From Octopus bimaculoides (lineage: Eukaryota): 38,020 bases of DNA. The position numbers and the translations under genes were made by a program. A model generated the notes under the pieces. That model ran no database searches. It saw nothing but the letters and a program-made list of their open reading frames with translations, and was not told the DNA's origin. Numbering within the stretch: position 1 is the stretch's first letter; each line of letters starts with the position of its first letter. This document shows positions 21,441-34,035 of the stretch, one piece after another. The stretch lies in contig NC_068992.1 in assembly GCF_001194135.2 (NCBI RefSeq), positions 30,440,268 through 30,478,287 on the forward strand. Reading direction: 5' to 3'.

Positions 21441-21529
21441 CTCCACAGATAGTGGTATCAGTGGCTGTTGTAGTAAGAGTTTCAGCAATATTCGGCACCA
21501 TAGGTTTGTCACTAGTCATAGTAATGTTC
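21441..21529 (-). CDS. Possible internal exon (Thr-rich peptide), unverified
   Basis: Acceptor cacatctttcaAG and donor GGAG|GTAAAC. Only one frame is open: NITMTSDKPMVPNIAETLTTTATDTTICG. No homology recognised. Confidence 0.25.
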
Positions 21530-22835
21530 CTTGAAAGATGTGAATAAGTTGATAAATATACATTATTTTGGTAACGAACAATGTTATGTAGAAGGTAAGG
21601 AAAATAAGATAAGAAGCAAAAAATATAATACACTAAGAAATTTGGGACATTAAACTTATTAGTTTTATGTGATAAAATAGAAGACAAAATTGTTGGACAA
21701 AATTGTTGAAACAGTGGGAATGCTCTAAATTTCAGTAACAATAGACTATAACCTATCTTCATTGAATATGACCCAGCTTTTAAAAAGAAAAAATCTATAA
21801 AGCCGCTGCAAGTAGTTAAGAAATTTCCTGTAAGTTCTATAGTCAATTTTTCCTAAATGTTCTCAGGAGAAAATAGACAAAAATTGACAAGATGAAAGCA
21901 ATACAATCGATAAAGAAAATGTTTATCTTTTTTAATATTATTGGAGATGAAGATTGTATTTGAAATTCCCAATATTTTTCTATTTAGATTTATCTATACA
22001 TAATTGCGTTATTTTTTAAATGTCCAGCATATTTAGTTTTGAATTTGGTTGCATATTGCTAAGTTATATTTCGCTTAGAGAGACAAGCACGAATCAGTTA
22101 CAACTGGGTCAGTTTAATATATGACTAATCGCCATTTCGTTCTGAATTATTGGCAGAGTTTTTCCTGGCCTTCTAATAGAATTAATTTTCGTCGGTTTAG
22201 TTGACTTTGAAGTAAATATCTAATGCATCTGCTGTACTTAAACATTCGTGGTACTGTAATGTTGACAAGATTTTTCTCCAATATAATTACATACATCAAC
22301 GCTTTCCTTTGAGATGTACTCACTTTTATAGCTTCTTGAATGTTCTTTTTTATGTGAACAATGCCAATCACCAAACATGTGGTGACATAAATAATTTTTT
22401 AAACTCTTGTAATACGAAGGAAGAGAGTGCGCAAAGCGGTTTAGTGCACTGAAATTGATGCAGAATTCTAACTGGGGCTGATGGTGGTTGTAGTGTTTGT
22501 AAAACGAAATGGTTCTGATTAGAAATCTTATGATGTAGGAAATAACGAAATTCTTGATAACACCATCATTTTCTTTATCACAAGTACTGCATTATTCATA
22601 AGCATTATTCCTACGCTTTTTGTAGAATGGACGGTATTTAATACAGGTTTGACTCGTATATCGTTTAGAGCCTTCCCTGTAAATTGCATAATATTAATAA
22701 AAGTAACATTTTAGTATTCCCAATAATTCTGCTTAAATGATGATGTGTTTATGCGTTTTCAAGAACAGCTAAAATGAAGTTAAAGAAATTTTGAGGTGGG
22801 CTTACTTTGAATTGTTGAGTCTTTTGTTACATGTT

Positions 22836-23048
22836 GATCTCAAAATTTTGGCATAAGGCACACGATTTCCAGATGGGGGCACAGTCGATTGCATCCACCC
22901 CAGTGCGCAACTGGTATTTCTTTTAGCGACCTCGAAATGATGAAAGGCAAAGTTCACTAAGCGGAATTTGAATTCAGAACCTAAAAACGAACGAAATGCC
23001 GCTAAGCATTATGGCTTGCCTGTTAACGATTCTGCCAGCCCCCATCTT
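22836..23048 (-). mobile_element. tRNA-derived SINE (Nin/Deu-domain type), full-length diverged copy
   Basis: Colinear with 15131-15341: 'caaaattttggcataaggc...gtcgattgcatccaccccagtgcgcaactggta...gatgaaaggcaaagt...ggaatttgaattcagaac...gccgctaagcatt...aacgattctgccagc'. Confidence 0.88.
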
Positions 23049-23914
23049 AACCAACTGTTACATATTCAACTCAACCTCTATAAATGTAGATTTGTGAACT
23101 TGAATTCTACACGTGTGAGCATACTTTTTGAAGGCTGATATAGTCAAATCAGTCTGTTGACCGTTAAGATAATTAATGTCATAAATGAACTTAGAACAAA
23201 ATAGCGATTTAGAAAATATTGAGATCTCACTAAAAAAAACATTTTTGATTTCATTAACAATATTAATATGTTGTCAGAAAGATTTATATATATAAGAATG
23301 CAGATAAAATCCAATGTAAAAGGAAAATGTGTTTAGTTTTTGAACCATAATCGATTTTTCTAGGAAATATTTTCAAGCTTAAAGTATATCAATGTTTCTA
23401 AAACTATAGCTCATTGTTATGTTTTTATGAAACACTTTTAATAATATGCAATTCGCCAATCACAATTTAACGCATTCCGTACGAGAATATCACGTAACTT
23501 TTTAAATCCTTTCAAAGTTAGTGAAAAAACACTGAAAGAAAATATAAAAGAATTTTTTAACAGAACTTTAAATTTGCGATTCTCTTACGTTAAATTTTCA
23601 TGAATTAATTCTCATTAATACGTTTGTGGCTTAGAAATTGTAACGGAATGATAAGAAAATGATGCATTGATTAAACTCTGGCACAACCAAGCAAACTAAA
23701 CTCCCAAATAACTCTACAAATCTTTTTCAGAGTTAATGTAATTATGTTTTCTATTATCATATTACATGTTATCCTGAGGTAAAAGGTAAACAAGAATATA
23801 TTTAGTTTTGGTTGTATGCCAGAATATTTCACATATAATCTGAGAAATGACTATAAAACTTGTTTAGTATAGCCATTGACAAACAAGAGCAACGCACTCA
23901 AGAAGCACACGCAT

Positions 23915-24203
23915 GGGATTACACATATACATGCACACACAAACTCAAACTCATATTGAAGTATATAAACTCATATATACATATATACACATATGTTTTA
24001 GATACATAAATAGCATACATGTAAATTTACACACAGCTAAATATACACATATACAAATATATACATGTTTAAATATGTGTACACATACGCATTTATGCAT
24101 GTAACAATATGAATGTAACAATACCTGAATATACGGATATATAAATGTATATTATATGTGCCGGTGTAAATATCATATATACGTATATATTTGTTTATGT
24201 CTG

Positions 24204-24242
<39 letters not shown>

Positions 24243-24330
24243 GAGAGAGGGAGAGAGAATGTATTAGGTGAGTTATACTGTGTCTGAAAAACATCTTAAC
24301 TCGAACATATACATGCATGCATACACTCGT
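23915..24330. repeat. Degenerate (TA/CA/GA) compound microsatellite tract
   Basis: Directly visible low-complexity purine-pyrimidine alternation. Confidence 0.85.
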
Positions 24331-26289
24331 GCATACACAACGACATGGCCATATATATTCATATATGATAACGTGTTTTTACGGAACAAGTTTGTCTGTG
24401 CGTTTGTGAGCGTATGTCGTTCGTTTATGTGTATGTAAGCATGTATCAATATAAAAGTGTTTTCATATTCACGTAAATATAGTTTCGTATCTATTCTTTT
24501 GAAACTTATGTTTATCGAATTTTCTTTGAAAATCCATTTCCTGCAGAGACGAAAAAATCTATTTCGTGGTTTAAAAGATAAAAACTTAAGACTGAAATAT
24601 AAAAAAAAAAAAAAATTTAAACTGAATATTACAAATGTACAATGGTTAAGACATTTTTACCTAAAGAAAAGAATTGAAAACGAACAAGAAAGAAGCGATC
24701 GGATTTACTTCTAAGATTAAAAAAAAAAACATTTCTTAAAATAAATACATTTGTATTAATTCTCGAAAAGCAATGCACATATTCTTATTGAAATGAGAGT
24801 TGTTATGTTTTTAATTTATCCTACATGGTTGCAGATATGTCTTTACTTGCTTTTTCAGTATACGATTATGTAAGGACATATGCTGGGGAAATGCAAGTGG
24901 TAGATTTCTAAAACTAATTTATTCATCTTCTCTTTTAACTATGAAATATGATATTTTATGTTTTTGGAGATATGTTTCATAATTAAAAAAAGAGATGAAT
25001 AAATTAATCGTAAATAACTATATGCATATATGTGTATAATATGTATATATATATGCTTATGTACGTATATATATATGCTTATATATAAATATATNNNNNN
25101 NNNNNNNNNNNNNNNNNNNNNNNNNNNNNNNNNNNNNNNNNNNNNNNNNNNNNNNNNNNNNNNNNNNNNNNNNNNNNNNNNNNNNNNNNNNNNNNNNNNN
25201 NNNNNNNNNNNNNNNNNNNNNNNNNNNNNNNNNNNNNNNNNNNNNNNNNNNNNNNNNNNNNNNNNNNNNNNNNNNNNNNNNNNNNNNNNNNNNNNNNNNN
25301 NNNNNNNNNNNNNNNNNNNNNNNNNNNNNNNNNNNNNNNNNNNNNNNNNNNNNNNATATATAATGAGTACGTGATTTTTATTATTTAGCACAGTTCAACA
25401 AATTCATTCATATTTATGTAATGGAAGTGATTAGATATTAAAATGAATTATAGTTTTTATTTGTCATGTTGCTATACAATTTGTGTCATCCAAAAAGCCT
25501 CTGATTTTCATAATAGAAAATTGTAAAAGTTACATTTGTACTCGTCGGTAGTTGGTATAAAAACTAAAAGAGCGTTAGAAGTACATTCATTTTCTCTTTG
25601 TTGTCATATTGGATAAACGTATTCGTTCTTGCAGTCATGCCTATTTGAATCAAGACTGAACAAGATATGAGTGACTGACATTCTCTCTATGAATTCGCCT
25701 TAAATGAATTATATTTCTTGACAGGCTGTATTTGCATGTACGTTGAAGAACCCAAATCCAAATTTAGATTGTACTTACCGTCAATTATTCTTTCGAATTA
25801 AGAAATCTGTAGAAAAAAATCTTGATTAATAGTATTCAGTAATAATTTCAGGTGTATAAAATTTATAATTTAATTATTTATTATAAAGAATAGGTCTAAT
25901 ATCCATAGACAAAAGTAAGTGTCTTATGTCGTAATTAATCATCTAGACCCAGAATTGGCATGTTTTTAAGAAAATTTAGAAATAGGTACTATACGAGAGA
26001 TAGGGTGTAAATAAAGGGGATTACTTACGTTATAAACTTATAAACTTATGTAATTCGATGTAGAGCCAATTAGTATATAAGAAAGGTTTTGTGCGAAAGT
26101 GTATTGTTTATATTATTATTACGTAAATTTTCATTGAAAGGACAAAAGACGAACTAAAAACAGAGTTGTAAGAGTTTGTTGTAGTGTTGGGGAGAAAATA
26201 ATTTCTATACTAGGATATTTACAGATAAAATACAGGCGTACATAGATATTTACATTTTCAAAAATAAATAGACTAACAACACAGATATA

Positions 26290-26824
26290 GACCTGCACAC
26301 ATATACAAATACATATATACATGCGTGTATATTCCCATATACTTATACCAACATACATACATAAGTGCATATATGCACATATACAAAAACATATACGTAT
26401 AAACATACACAAACACACGCACATATATATATATATTTATATATATATATTTATATATATATACATACATAAATACATATACAAATACAGATAGATTCAC
26501 ATGCATACACATATATACATATACACCCATACACATACATATATATACATCCATGTAGTATAGTTAAAAAAGATGTGCCTACACTTATACAAATATAAGT
26601 ATATAATTTCATATAAGAACGCAGGCGTAGTCCTATAAGTAAAAGTGCAAATATTCTAATGTGCGTGTATATAGGCAGACGCACCCATACTTCATGTACT
26701 GGCAGTGGAGAGGCCACATATAAATACACACATATACATATATAAGCATATATATATACATTCACAATCATATATCAGTACATATAAACACAGTATACAC
26801 ACATATACATATACGCAGATATCA

Positions 26825-26865
<41 letters not shown>

Positions 26866-26870
26866 CACAT
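26290..26870. repeat. Long degenerate (TA/CA/TACA) microsatellite tract
   Basis: Directly visible; explains the YIYI/CVCV ORFs. Confidence 0.9.
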
Positions 26871-27887
26871 CAAAGTTTAAAATGTATCATATAAATTATA
26901 CGTCTTCACATATAGACATACAAAGATCTTGAATCTACGATGAGGGTGTTGAGCTCGAATGTATATGCTATCAGAAACAATATATGCTATCAGAAAAAAA
27001 TACACATTGAGAATTGAGTCGAATACTATATGTGAATCTATATGTATTTCATTTTTAAAAGAGGATATCTCTAGGTATTTCATAAGAATATACATATGAA
27101 ATACCAATAGATATACAAAAAATATATTAATCAAACTCGTATACACCCCCACTCACACACACACAGCACGCCCATACAAAACACATAAACACGTGCATAC
27201 ACAAGCACCCCCCCCCCCACACACACACACTCACACACGCGCACAGAGTCAGATATATATACAGAAACTAATGCGTAGGTATGGATAAACATAATAAGGA
27301 GGAAGAATAGATTAAATAGAACAGAGGGTGCACGTGGAAGGATGAGAGCCAGAAGGGATCACAGATGTGTGAGAAAAAATTCCAAACAATGGACATGATA
27401 TGATATAAAAACAATAATAAACGATTGAAGAACGAATATATAATGCTTGTGTTTATTTGGCAAGAGAAAAATGCTCATGCTTAAATATAACAATATTTTT
27501 ATCAACACTGTTTCAAATCTTGTAAACCAAATTCATAAATACATGTGTGTATTTATGTATATAAGTATATTTGCATATATACATACATTTATATATATAA
27601 ACACCGTCACCCCCACACACATATGCATTAAGTTATATGCAAAAATGATGTGATAAGAAATTCTTCAATAATACTTTTTAAAGTAATAGTATTTAAGTTC
27701 AGCAAATCAAATTTAGGGAAAAATATACTTAAATGATTAATGTTGGATACAATTTATGTGCATTATAAAGAGATCAATTGCCATTAAACTAAGAGCTTGA
27801 TATATGATACGTTACAATACGTATTCTTCTCTGTGATCACTGAGCTCAAAACTTGCCAAAATAAATTCCACCCTGTTTTCTTTCAAG

Positions 27888-28268
27888 AGTTCAGTCCTGG
27901 TGCAACCACCTGTCGATAAATTTATTGCTATTATGGATGCTTTGTGGATACTTCTCCGGGTAATGAATGCTTCTCCGGGTCAGAGGAAAGCTAGCCGATA
28001 CTCTATATGTCTGAACGCATTTACAAAGTCACCGGACATTATTCGTGAAAGCATGAGGCATGCTACCAAGCTATGCAAGTGACAGGTGGGCATTAATGTG
28101 TATTAATGGCATTAATGTGTATACGTATAATGTTTGCTTGTCTGTATCTGTGTGTGTTTGTGTGTTTTTCGTGCGTGCGTGCGTGCGTGCGTGTATAGCA
28201 ATGTTTATCGATGCATGGTCGGTCTGCCTGTTCAGCGAAGTAGCATCAACCGACGTGTAGAGAAACAG
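27888..28268 (+). CDS. Possible pair of phase-compatible short exons (27888-27959, 28199-28268), unverified
   Basis: Acceptor ccctgttttctttcaAG and donor CCGG|GTAATG; second acceptor gtgtatAG and donor CAG|GTATAA. Spliced frame: VQSWCNHLSINLLLLWMLCGYFSG-NVYRCMVGLPVQRSSINRRVEKQ. No homology recognised. Confidence 0.18.
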
Positions 28269-29444
28269 GTATAAGATTTTATTAGAATTAAACTGCCTCG
28301 GGACACCTCATGAGGAAAGAGGCATCCTATGAAACTGAACGGAGCAGAATCTGAAACCTCACACAACTAGTATATGTGTGTGAGAGAAAGAAAAACTGTA
28401 ACTTATGAGCTAGATGCAAAAACTTAGATAGAAAGGGGAGAGATAAAGTAAAGTAGAATACCTTCCATTTGACGCCGGAGGTTTTCTAGAATTTAATGAT
28501 ATAACATAATTTGATACACATACGTTAATGGAAAATAACAACAAGAAACATAATATGAATCAATTGACACCAAAGGCGCTCATACATACTGTAACATTAT
28601 AATGCTCGAGATTATAACCCTCAAAATATTCCTAGAAAATATTTCGTTTGATAATACCAAGCTAGTCATTTATAGTAGCCATAAATAATAGTAATAATGA
28701 GAAAGTTGCATTCAAAGCAATGTATAAGCTGAATAGTTGTTACCGAATACCAAACACAATTATCGGCTGACAGAAATTAAAACGTAGAGTCATGCTAATT
28801 AAGGAAAAATTGTATGAAGTGATTAAGAGTTTACAACTTGAACCAGTGACACACAAACACACACATATAGACACACACGCACACATATAAACACACAGAC
28901 ACACAGACACACAACACACACATACACTCATAGACACAGTATATATACGAAACAGAATATGTGTATATGAATTTATAATATATTCGTTCATATAAATATA
29001 AACACAGGCCAGTACACATTCTACAACTGTGTAAGTATAAATATATATATATATATANNNNNNNNNNNNNNNNNNNNNNNNNNNNNNNNNNNNNNNNNNN
29101 NNNNNNNNNNNNNNNNNNNNNNNNNNNNNNNNNNNNNNNNNNNNNNNNNNNNNNNNNNNNNNNNNNNNNNNNNNNNNNNNNNNNNNNNNNNNNNNNNNNN
29201 NNNNNNNNNNNNNNNNNNNNNNNNNNNNNNNNNNNNNNNNNNNNNNNNNNNNNNNNNNNNNNNNNNNNNNNNNNNNNNNNNNNNNNNNNNNNNNNNNNNN
29301 NNNNNNNNNNNNNNNNNNNNNNNNNNNNNNATATATATATATATATATATATAAGGTAGAAAATATTTTAGTGGGGAAACAAACGTTGTCGATACATAAA
29401 GAGAAAGAGAAAAGATGAAAAAACATACAAGATTTGATTTACAG

Positions 29445-30100
29445 GATTTAAACGTAAATTAGAGCCACGATAATTAAAATATTTCTTCCATCAATGTTGC
29501 GGTGGTCATTGGTGAAGAGGCTTCCTTCCTGTTGGTATAAAATGTCATTAACAGGTCGCATGAGATTATCATCACCGTAATACTGGTTCCCTGAGAAGCG
29601 GTTTTTTTGAAACGCTGGAGAAGTGACAATAATCACATAGGGGCCAAATAACGAGAATATGGAGGTTGAAAACCAGCTGAAAGCCACAATCGCGCACAGT
29701 TGCCATTGCAATTAAGGACATCTATGATGGTGCATTGTCATGACGAAAGAAGACCTCTTTCGTCAGTTTACCTGGGCGTGTGTTAATGACAGATTTTCGT
29801 AACTGCCACATATGTCGGCATAGTTTTCTCCATTAGTGATATGGCTCTTCTCAATATAGTCATTAAGGGCAACGCATTCTGCATTCCAAATATCTGAGGC
29901 CATCACTTTCCGTGCAGATGAATTATATAATAATTATAATGTTCGCAGACGGAATGTAGAAAATTCAAGAATATGCAACCTGTACAAGGTGCATATAAAC
30001 ATCACTGTAAATCCGGCCTCCTTTTTAGAGTGGAGAATATCTCACGTCCTACAGGAACATCTGCCGTATCTTAAATACCATACCTTCTCCTCTTAGAATT
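29445..30100 (-). mobile_element. Mariner (Tc1/mariner, D,D34D-type) transposase pseudogene
   Basis: Minus strand across frameshifts: SSARKVMASDIWNAECVALNDYIEKSHITNGENYA (cf. SAGKVMASVFWDAxGxLLIDYLEKGxTITGxYYA), FRHDNAP, AMATVRDCGFQLVFQPPYSRYLAPCDY (HPPYSPDLAPSDY), GNQYYGDDNLM. No clear TIRs. An N-terminal remnant may lie at 30290-30480 beyond a (TA)n insertion. Confidence 0.9.
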
Positions 30101-30223
30101 TTGTAAATGTTGTACCCATGTAAATCTATTCTAGAAATACATAAATATTTATGTTTCTACATGAATGTTCATTTGAATATTTTCAGTTTTCGTTTCTCTT
30201 TCTCTCTCTTTCTCTGTGTGTGC

Positions 30224-30225
<2 letters not shown>

Positions 30226-30291
<66 letters not shown>
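30226..30291. repeat. (TA)n microsatellite
   Basis: About 33 perfect TA units. Confidence 0.98.
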
Positions 30292-30293
<2 letters not shown>

Positions 30294-31879
30294 AGTCCAA
30301 ACGGGTATATCTGCCTCATTATTTCCATATCTGGCCACCTGGATTTCTCTCATAGCCATTTTTGATATCACGTGTGTAAGTCATCCTCGACGAAGAATTC
30401 AGTGCGTATTATCAGGTTATTTGAGCACTACTAAGTGTTTCTCTATTGATCATATCTGGATCTCATCTGTTGACTTACACTGTCTCCATCTCTCATACTC
30501 TCTCTCTCTAAATATATATATACATACNNNNNNNNNNTATATACATATTAATTTATATATATAGATGCATATGGGTGTATATTTACACACACATATAAGC
30601 ACACACATGCGCATACGCACACGCACTCACACATAGTGATGTATGTATATGTATATGTACATAATAATTACATCGTATACAAAAATCCAGCATTAAGCAT
30701 ATTATAGACCCGAAAACAATATCGATTATATATCGATGGACAATTGTTAATCAACTACACAAATATCTCATTAAATTTAAATTGAGTTAATGCCTAAGAG
30801 TGGTTACAAAGCGATTGCAAAGAAGATGAAAGGAGAGAAATGAAATATAAAAATATAATTATATTGCATAAAATATGAAACAAATATTTGCATGAATCTT
30901 CATCCAACAATGACTTCATTCTATTTACTCAATTAGTAATTAATTCATTCAGTTTTACTGTGTATAAAACTATTTCGCTAAACTTCATTTGGTTGCATAG
31001 TCATTTGCTGTTTTGAAAACTTTATTTGTTTATTTTGTTTGTTTTATTAATGCATAATTTTCAAATATTCTCAGAGAGCTTTGGCTGAAATTGAGAAACA
31101 ACTTGCGGACTTTATGATAAATTTTTGGTTTTACTAAACATGAGTTACGAAATACGATGAACAAAAAATAAAACAAGAAGTAATAAAATGAGCAAATTAA
31201 CTAAAAATAACTACAATAAATGTAGCAACAATTTTAGAAGTGAGACAGCTTGTAGCCAAAACAACACTATTGGTTTCTAACAAGTAAAGAAGAATAATCC
31301 TCGTTATTTAGTTGTTCATATATTAACCTCTAGCAAGAAGAATGATCAGGAGGCCACTGATTGAAAATCGTTAGTCATACTCCCAGCTACCCACATACGA
31401 TGCATACAATACACAAACACTACTATCAGCTTAATAGAGGACCTAGATCACATATTACGTAAACAAAAGACGAAACACTGAAATTAAATTGGAAGCAGCA
31501 CAATGAACAGGGAAATACAAATATATTATATGCAACGTATAAAATCAATGTTACACACCCGAGACACAAGTTTGCATCCGTTTCGAGATATAAGAATTTC
31601 ACCGATTGGTGTAATAGAATGTGTCATTGAACAGTTGCAAATTTGTTAGCAAATATATATGCTTGACTGTCCTGGCATCCCCTTTGTAAACGAAAATAAA
31701 TCAGCTATACTACGATAAAAGAGAAAACTACCAGCCAACCAAACAGGCGACGATATTGACCAGCATTTTGCCAAGTATCAACTTAACTCAACTTAATTAT
31801 TTCGGAAAAAAACTTAACTATGATATAATAAAGAAAATCTCAGACTTGGAGAATATATGATACAGACTCCCTATAAACC

Positions 31880-31975
31880 ACCAATTCTATTTGTGCTGTT
31901 GCCCTTTTAAATATAGTCAATAAGCACAATGCATTCTGCATTTCAAATATCTGGGGCCATCACCGTGACATGTAG
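31880..31975 (-). mobile_element. Second short mariner transposase relic
   Basis: 'aatatagtcaataagcacaatgcattctgcatttcaaatatctggggccatcac' aligns with 29855-29910; minus strand reads VMAPDI*NAECIVLIDYI. Confidence 0.75.
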
Positions 31976-33982
31976 CGTTTTTATAAGAGATAATTATGCA
32001 GTGAGAAAGCATTGAAGACGTGTGTATAAATTCAGGCAAGATTATATACATTTGTGGAAGTTACTATTATAATAGGTAAAGTAATACCTTGTATAAATAT
32101 TAAATTCGCCATGAACATTGAAATCGGAGAATTAGATCTGATTTCCTGAGGAGTTCACAGCAATGATAGACATTACAACTGGTAACCACGTCCTGCCGAA
32201 AGAATCTAATTAGATCAAAATACCAGCTTTACATGAATATTAAAACCTCTCGATTGAATGAAGAATTAATAAGTAAATTTTAATCAAATAGATGCATAAA
32301 TATATGTGTCAATCCTTTCCTTAACGAGAGAAAATATAAACACTTATTGTTTTAGGACGAGCCCCTAACTCCTTATAGATTAAAACAGTTAATATACCTA
32401 GAACAAAAACATTAAACTGTTAAAGACGTTTTGCATGAATCAATTGTTGACAGTCAGTGAAAGGAGGAGGTTGATTCGATTCTGGCCAATTCCCAATATA
32501 TACATACTCGGACACCATCGATTCGGCGCAAAAAACTACCAGTAAATATGCCTAAAATTTCGCGGTGATAATGTAACAATGATAGCACATGATATCTACC
32601 GTACAATCATGGAGGTCAATGCTGTTTAAACTGAGGAACAGATTAATTCGAATTGTCTCTATACAATTAGGAAGTTCTTAAAATAAAGTATTCACAGTAG
32701 TTTACATTGGGGTTTCTCCTGACCATACTATTAATAGGCGTATTAGGAAATTGAAACAGAAATGCTTGTAGTGCCAGGAATATCAAAATTAATTTGAATC
32801 GAGAGTCAAATGAAAATATAAACAAAGAAATAAATTTATCTTACACAATGTCTTTTCAGTGTATATTCAACAGATATTACGCAGCACGTTTTCATGCTGA
32901 ACACAAATCAGCCCATATTTCTCACTATCAAACAACTGAGCAGCTCAGCCTTTATATATATATATATATATATNNNNNNNNNNNNNNNNNNNNNNNNNNN
33001 NNNNNNNNNNNNNNNNNNNNNNNNNNNNNNNNNNNNNNNNNNNNNNNNNNNNNNNNNNNNNNNNNNNNNNNNNNNNNNNNNNNNNNNNNNNNNNNNNNNN
33101 NNNNNNNNNNNNNNNNNNNNNNNNNNNNNNNNNNNNNNNNNNNNNNNNNNNNNNNNNNNNNNNNNNNNNNNNNNNNNNNNNNNNNNNNNNNNNNNNNNNN
33201 NNNNNNNNNNNNNNNNNNNNNNNNNNNNNNNNNNNNNNNNNNNNNNNNNNNNNNNNNNNNNNNNNNNNNNNNNNNNNNNNNNNNNNNNNNNNNNNNNNNN
33301 NNNNNNNNNNNNNNNNNNNNNNNNNNNNNNNNNNNNNNNNNNNNNNNNNNNNNNNNNNNNNNNNNNNNNNNNNNNNNNNNNNNNNNNNNNNNNNNNNNNN
33401 NNNNNNNNNNNNNNNNNNNNNNNNNNNNNNNNNNNNNNNNNNNNNNNNNNNNNNNNNNNNNNNNNNNNNNNNNNNNNNNNNNNNNNNNNNNNNNNNNNNN
33501 NNNNNNNNNNNNNNNNNNNNNNNNNNNNNNNNNNNNNNNNNNNNNNNNNNNNNNNNNNNNNNNNNNNNNNNNNNNNNNNNNNNNNNNNNNNNNNNNNNNN
33601 NNNNNNNNNNNNNNNNNNNNNNNNNNNNNNNNNNNNNNNNNNNNNNNNNNNNNNNNNNNNNNNNNNNNNNNNNNNNNNNNNNNNNNNNNNNNNNNNNNNN
33701 NNNNNNNNNNNNNNNNNNNNNNNNNNNNNNNNNNNNNNNNNNNNNNNNNNNNNNNNNNNNNNNNNNNNNNNNNNNNNNNNNNNNNNNNNNNNNNNNNNNN
33801 NNNNNNNNNNNNNNNNNNNNNNNNNNNNNNNNNNNNNNNNNNNNNNNNNNNNNNNNNNNNNNNNNNNNNNNNNNNNNNNNNNNNNNATATATACTGAGTG
33901 GGGGATGCTACACACAAATAACTAAGAAAGTATTAGATAGCAGGCAGCAAGCCCGTTACGCATGCAAGTTTCCAGGAATTCC

Positions 33983-34033
<51 letters not shown>
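33983..34033. repeat. (AAT)n microsatellite
   Basis: Directly visible. Confidence 0.95.

Positions 34034-34035
<2 letters not shown>

Noticed and set aside
21418-21846. 142-aa minus-strand ORF as a gene
   Set aside because: The upstream part is F/L/Y-rich, as expected for antisense of A-rich DNA. Only the last ~30 codons have exon-like signals.
22600-22676. YTSQTCIKYRP resembling astacin 'xxxTCIRFVP'
   Set aside because: A stop follows soon after and no HExxH motif or further astacin exon was found.
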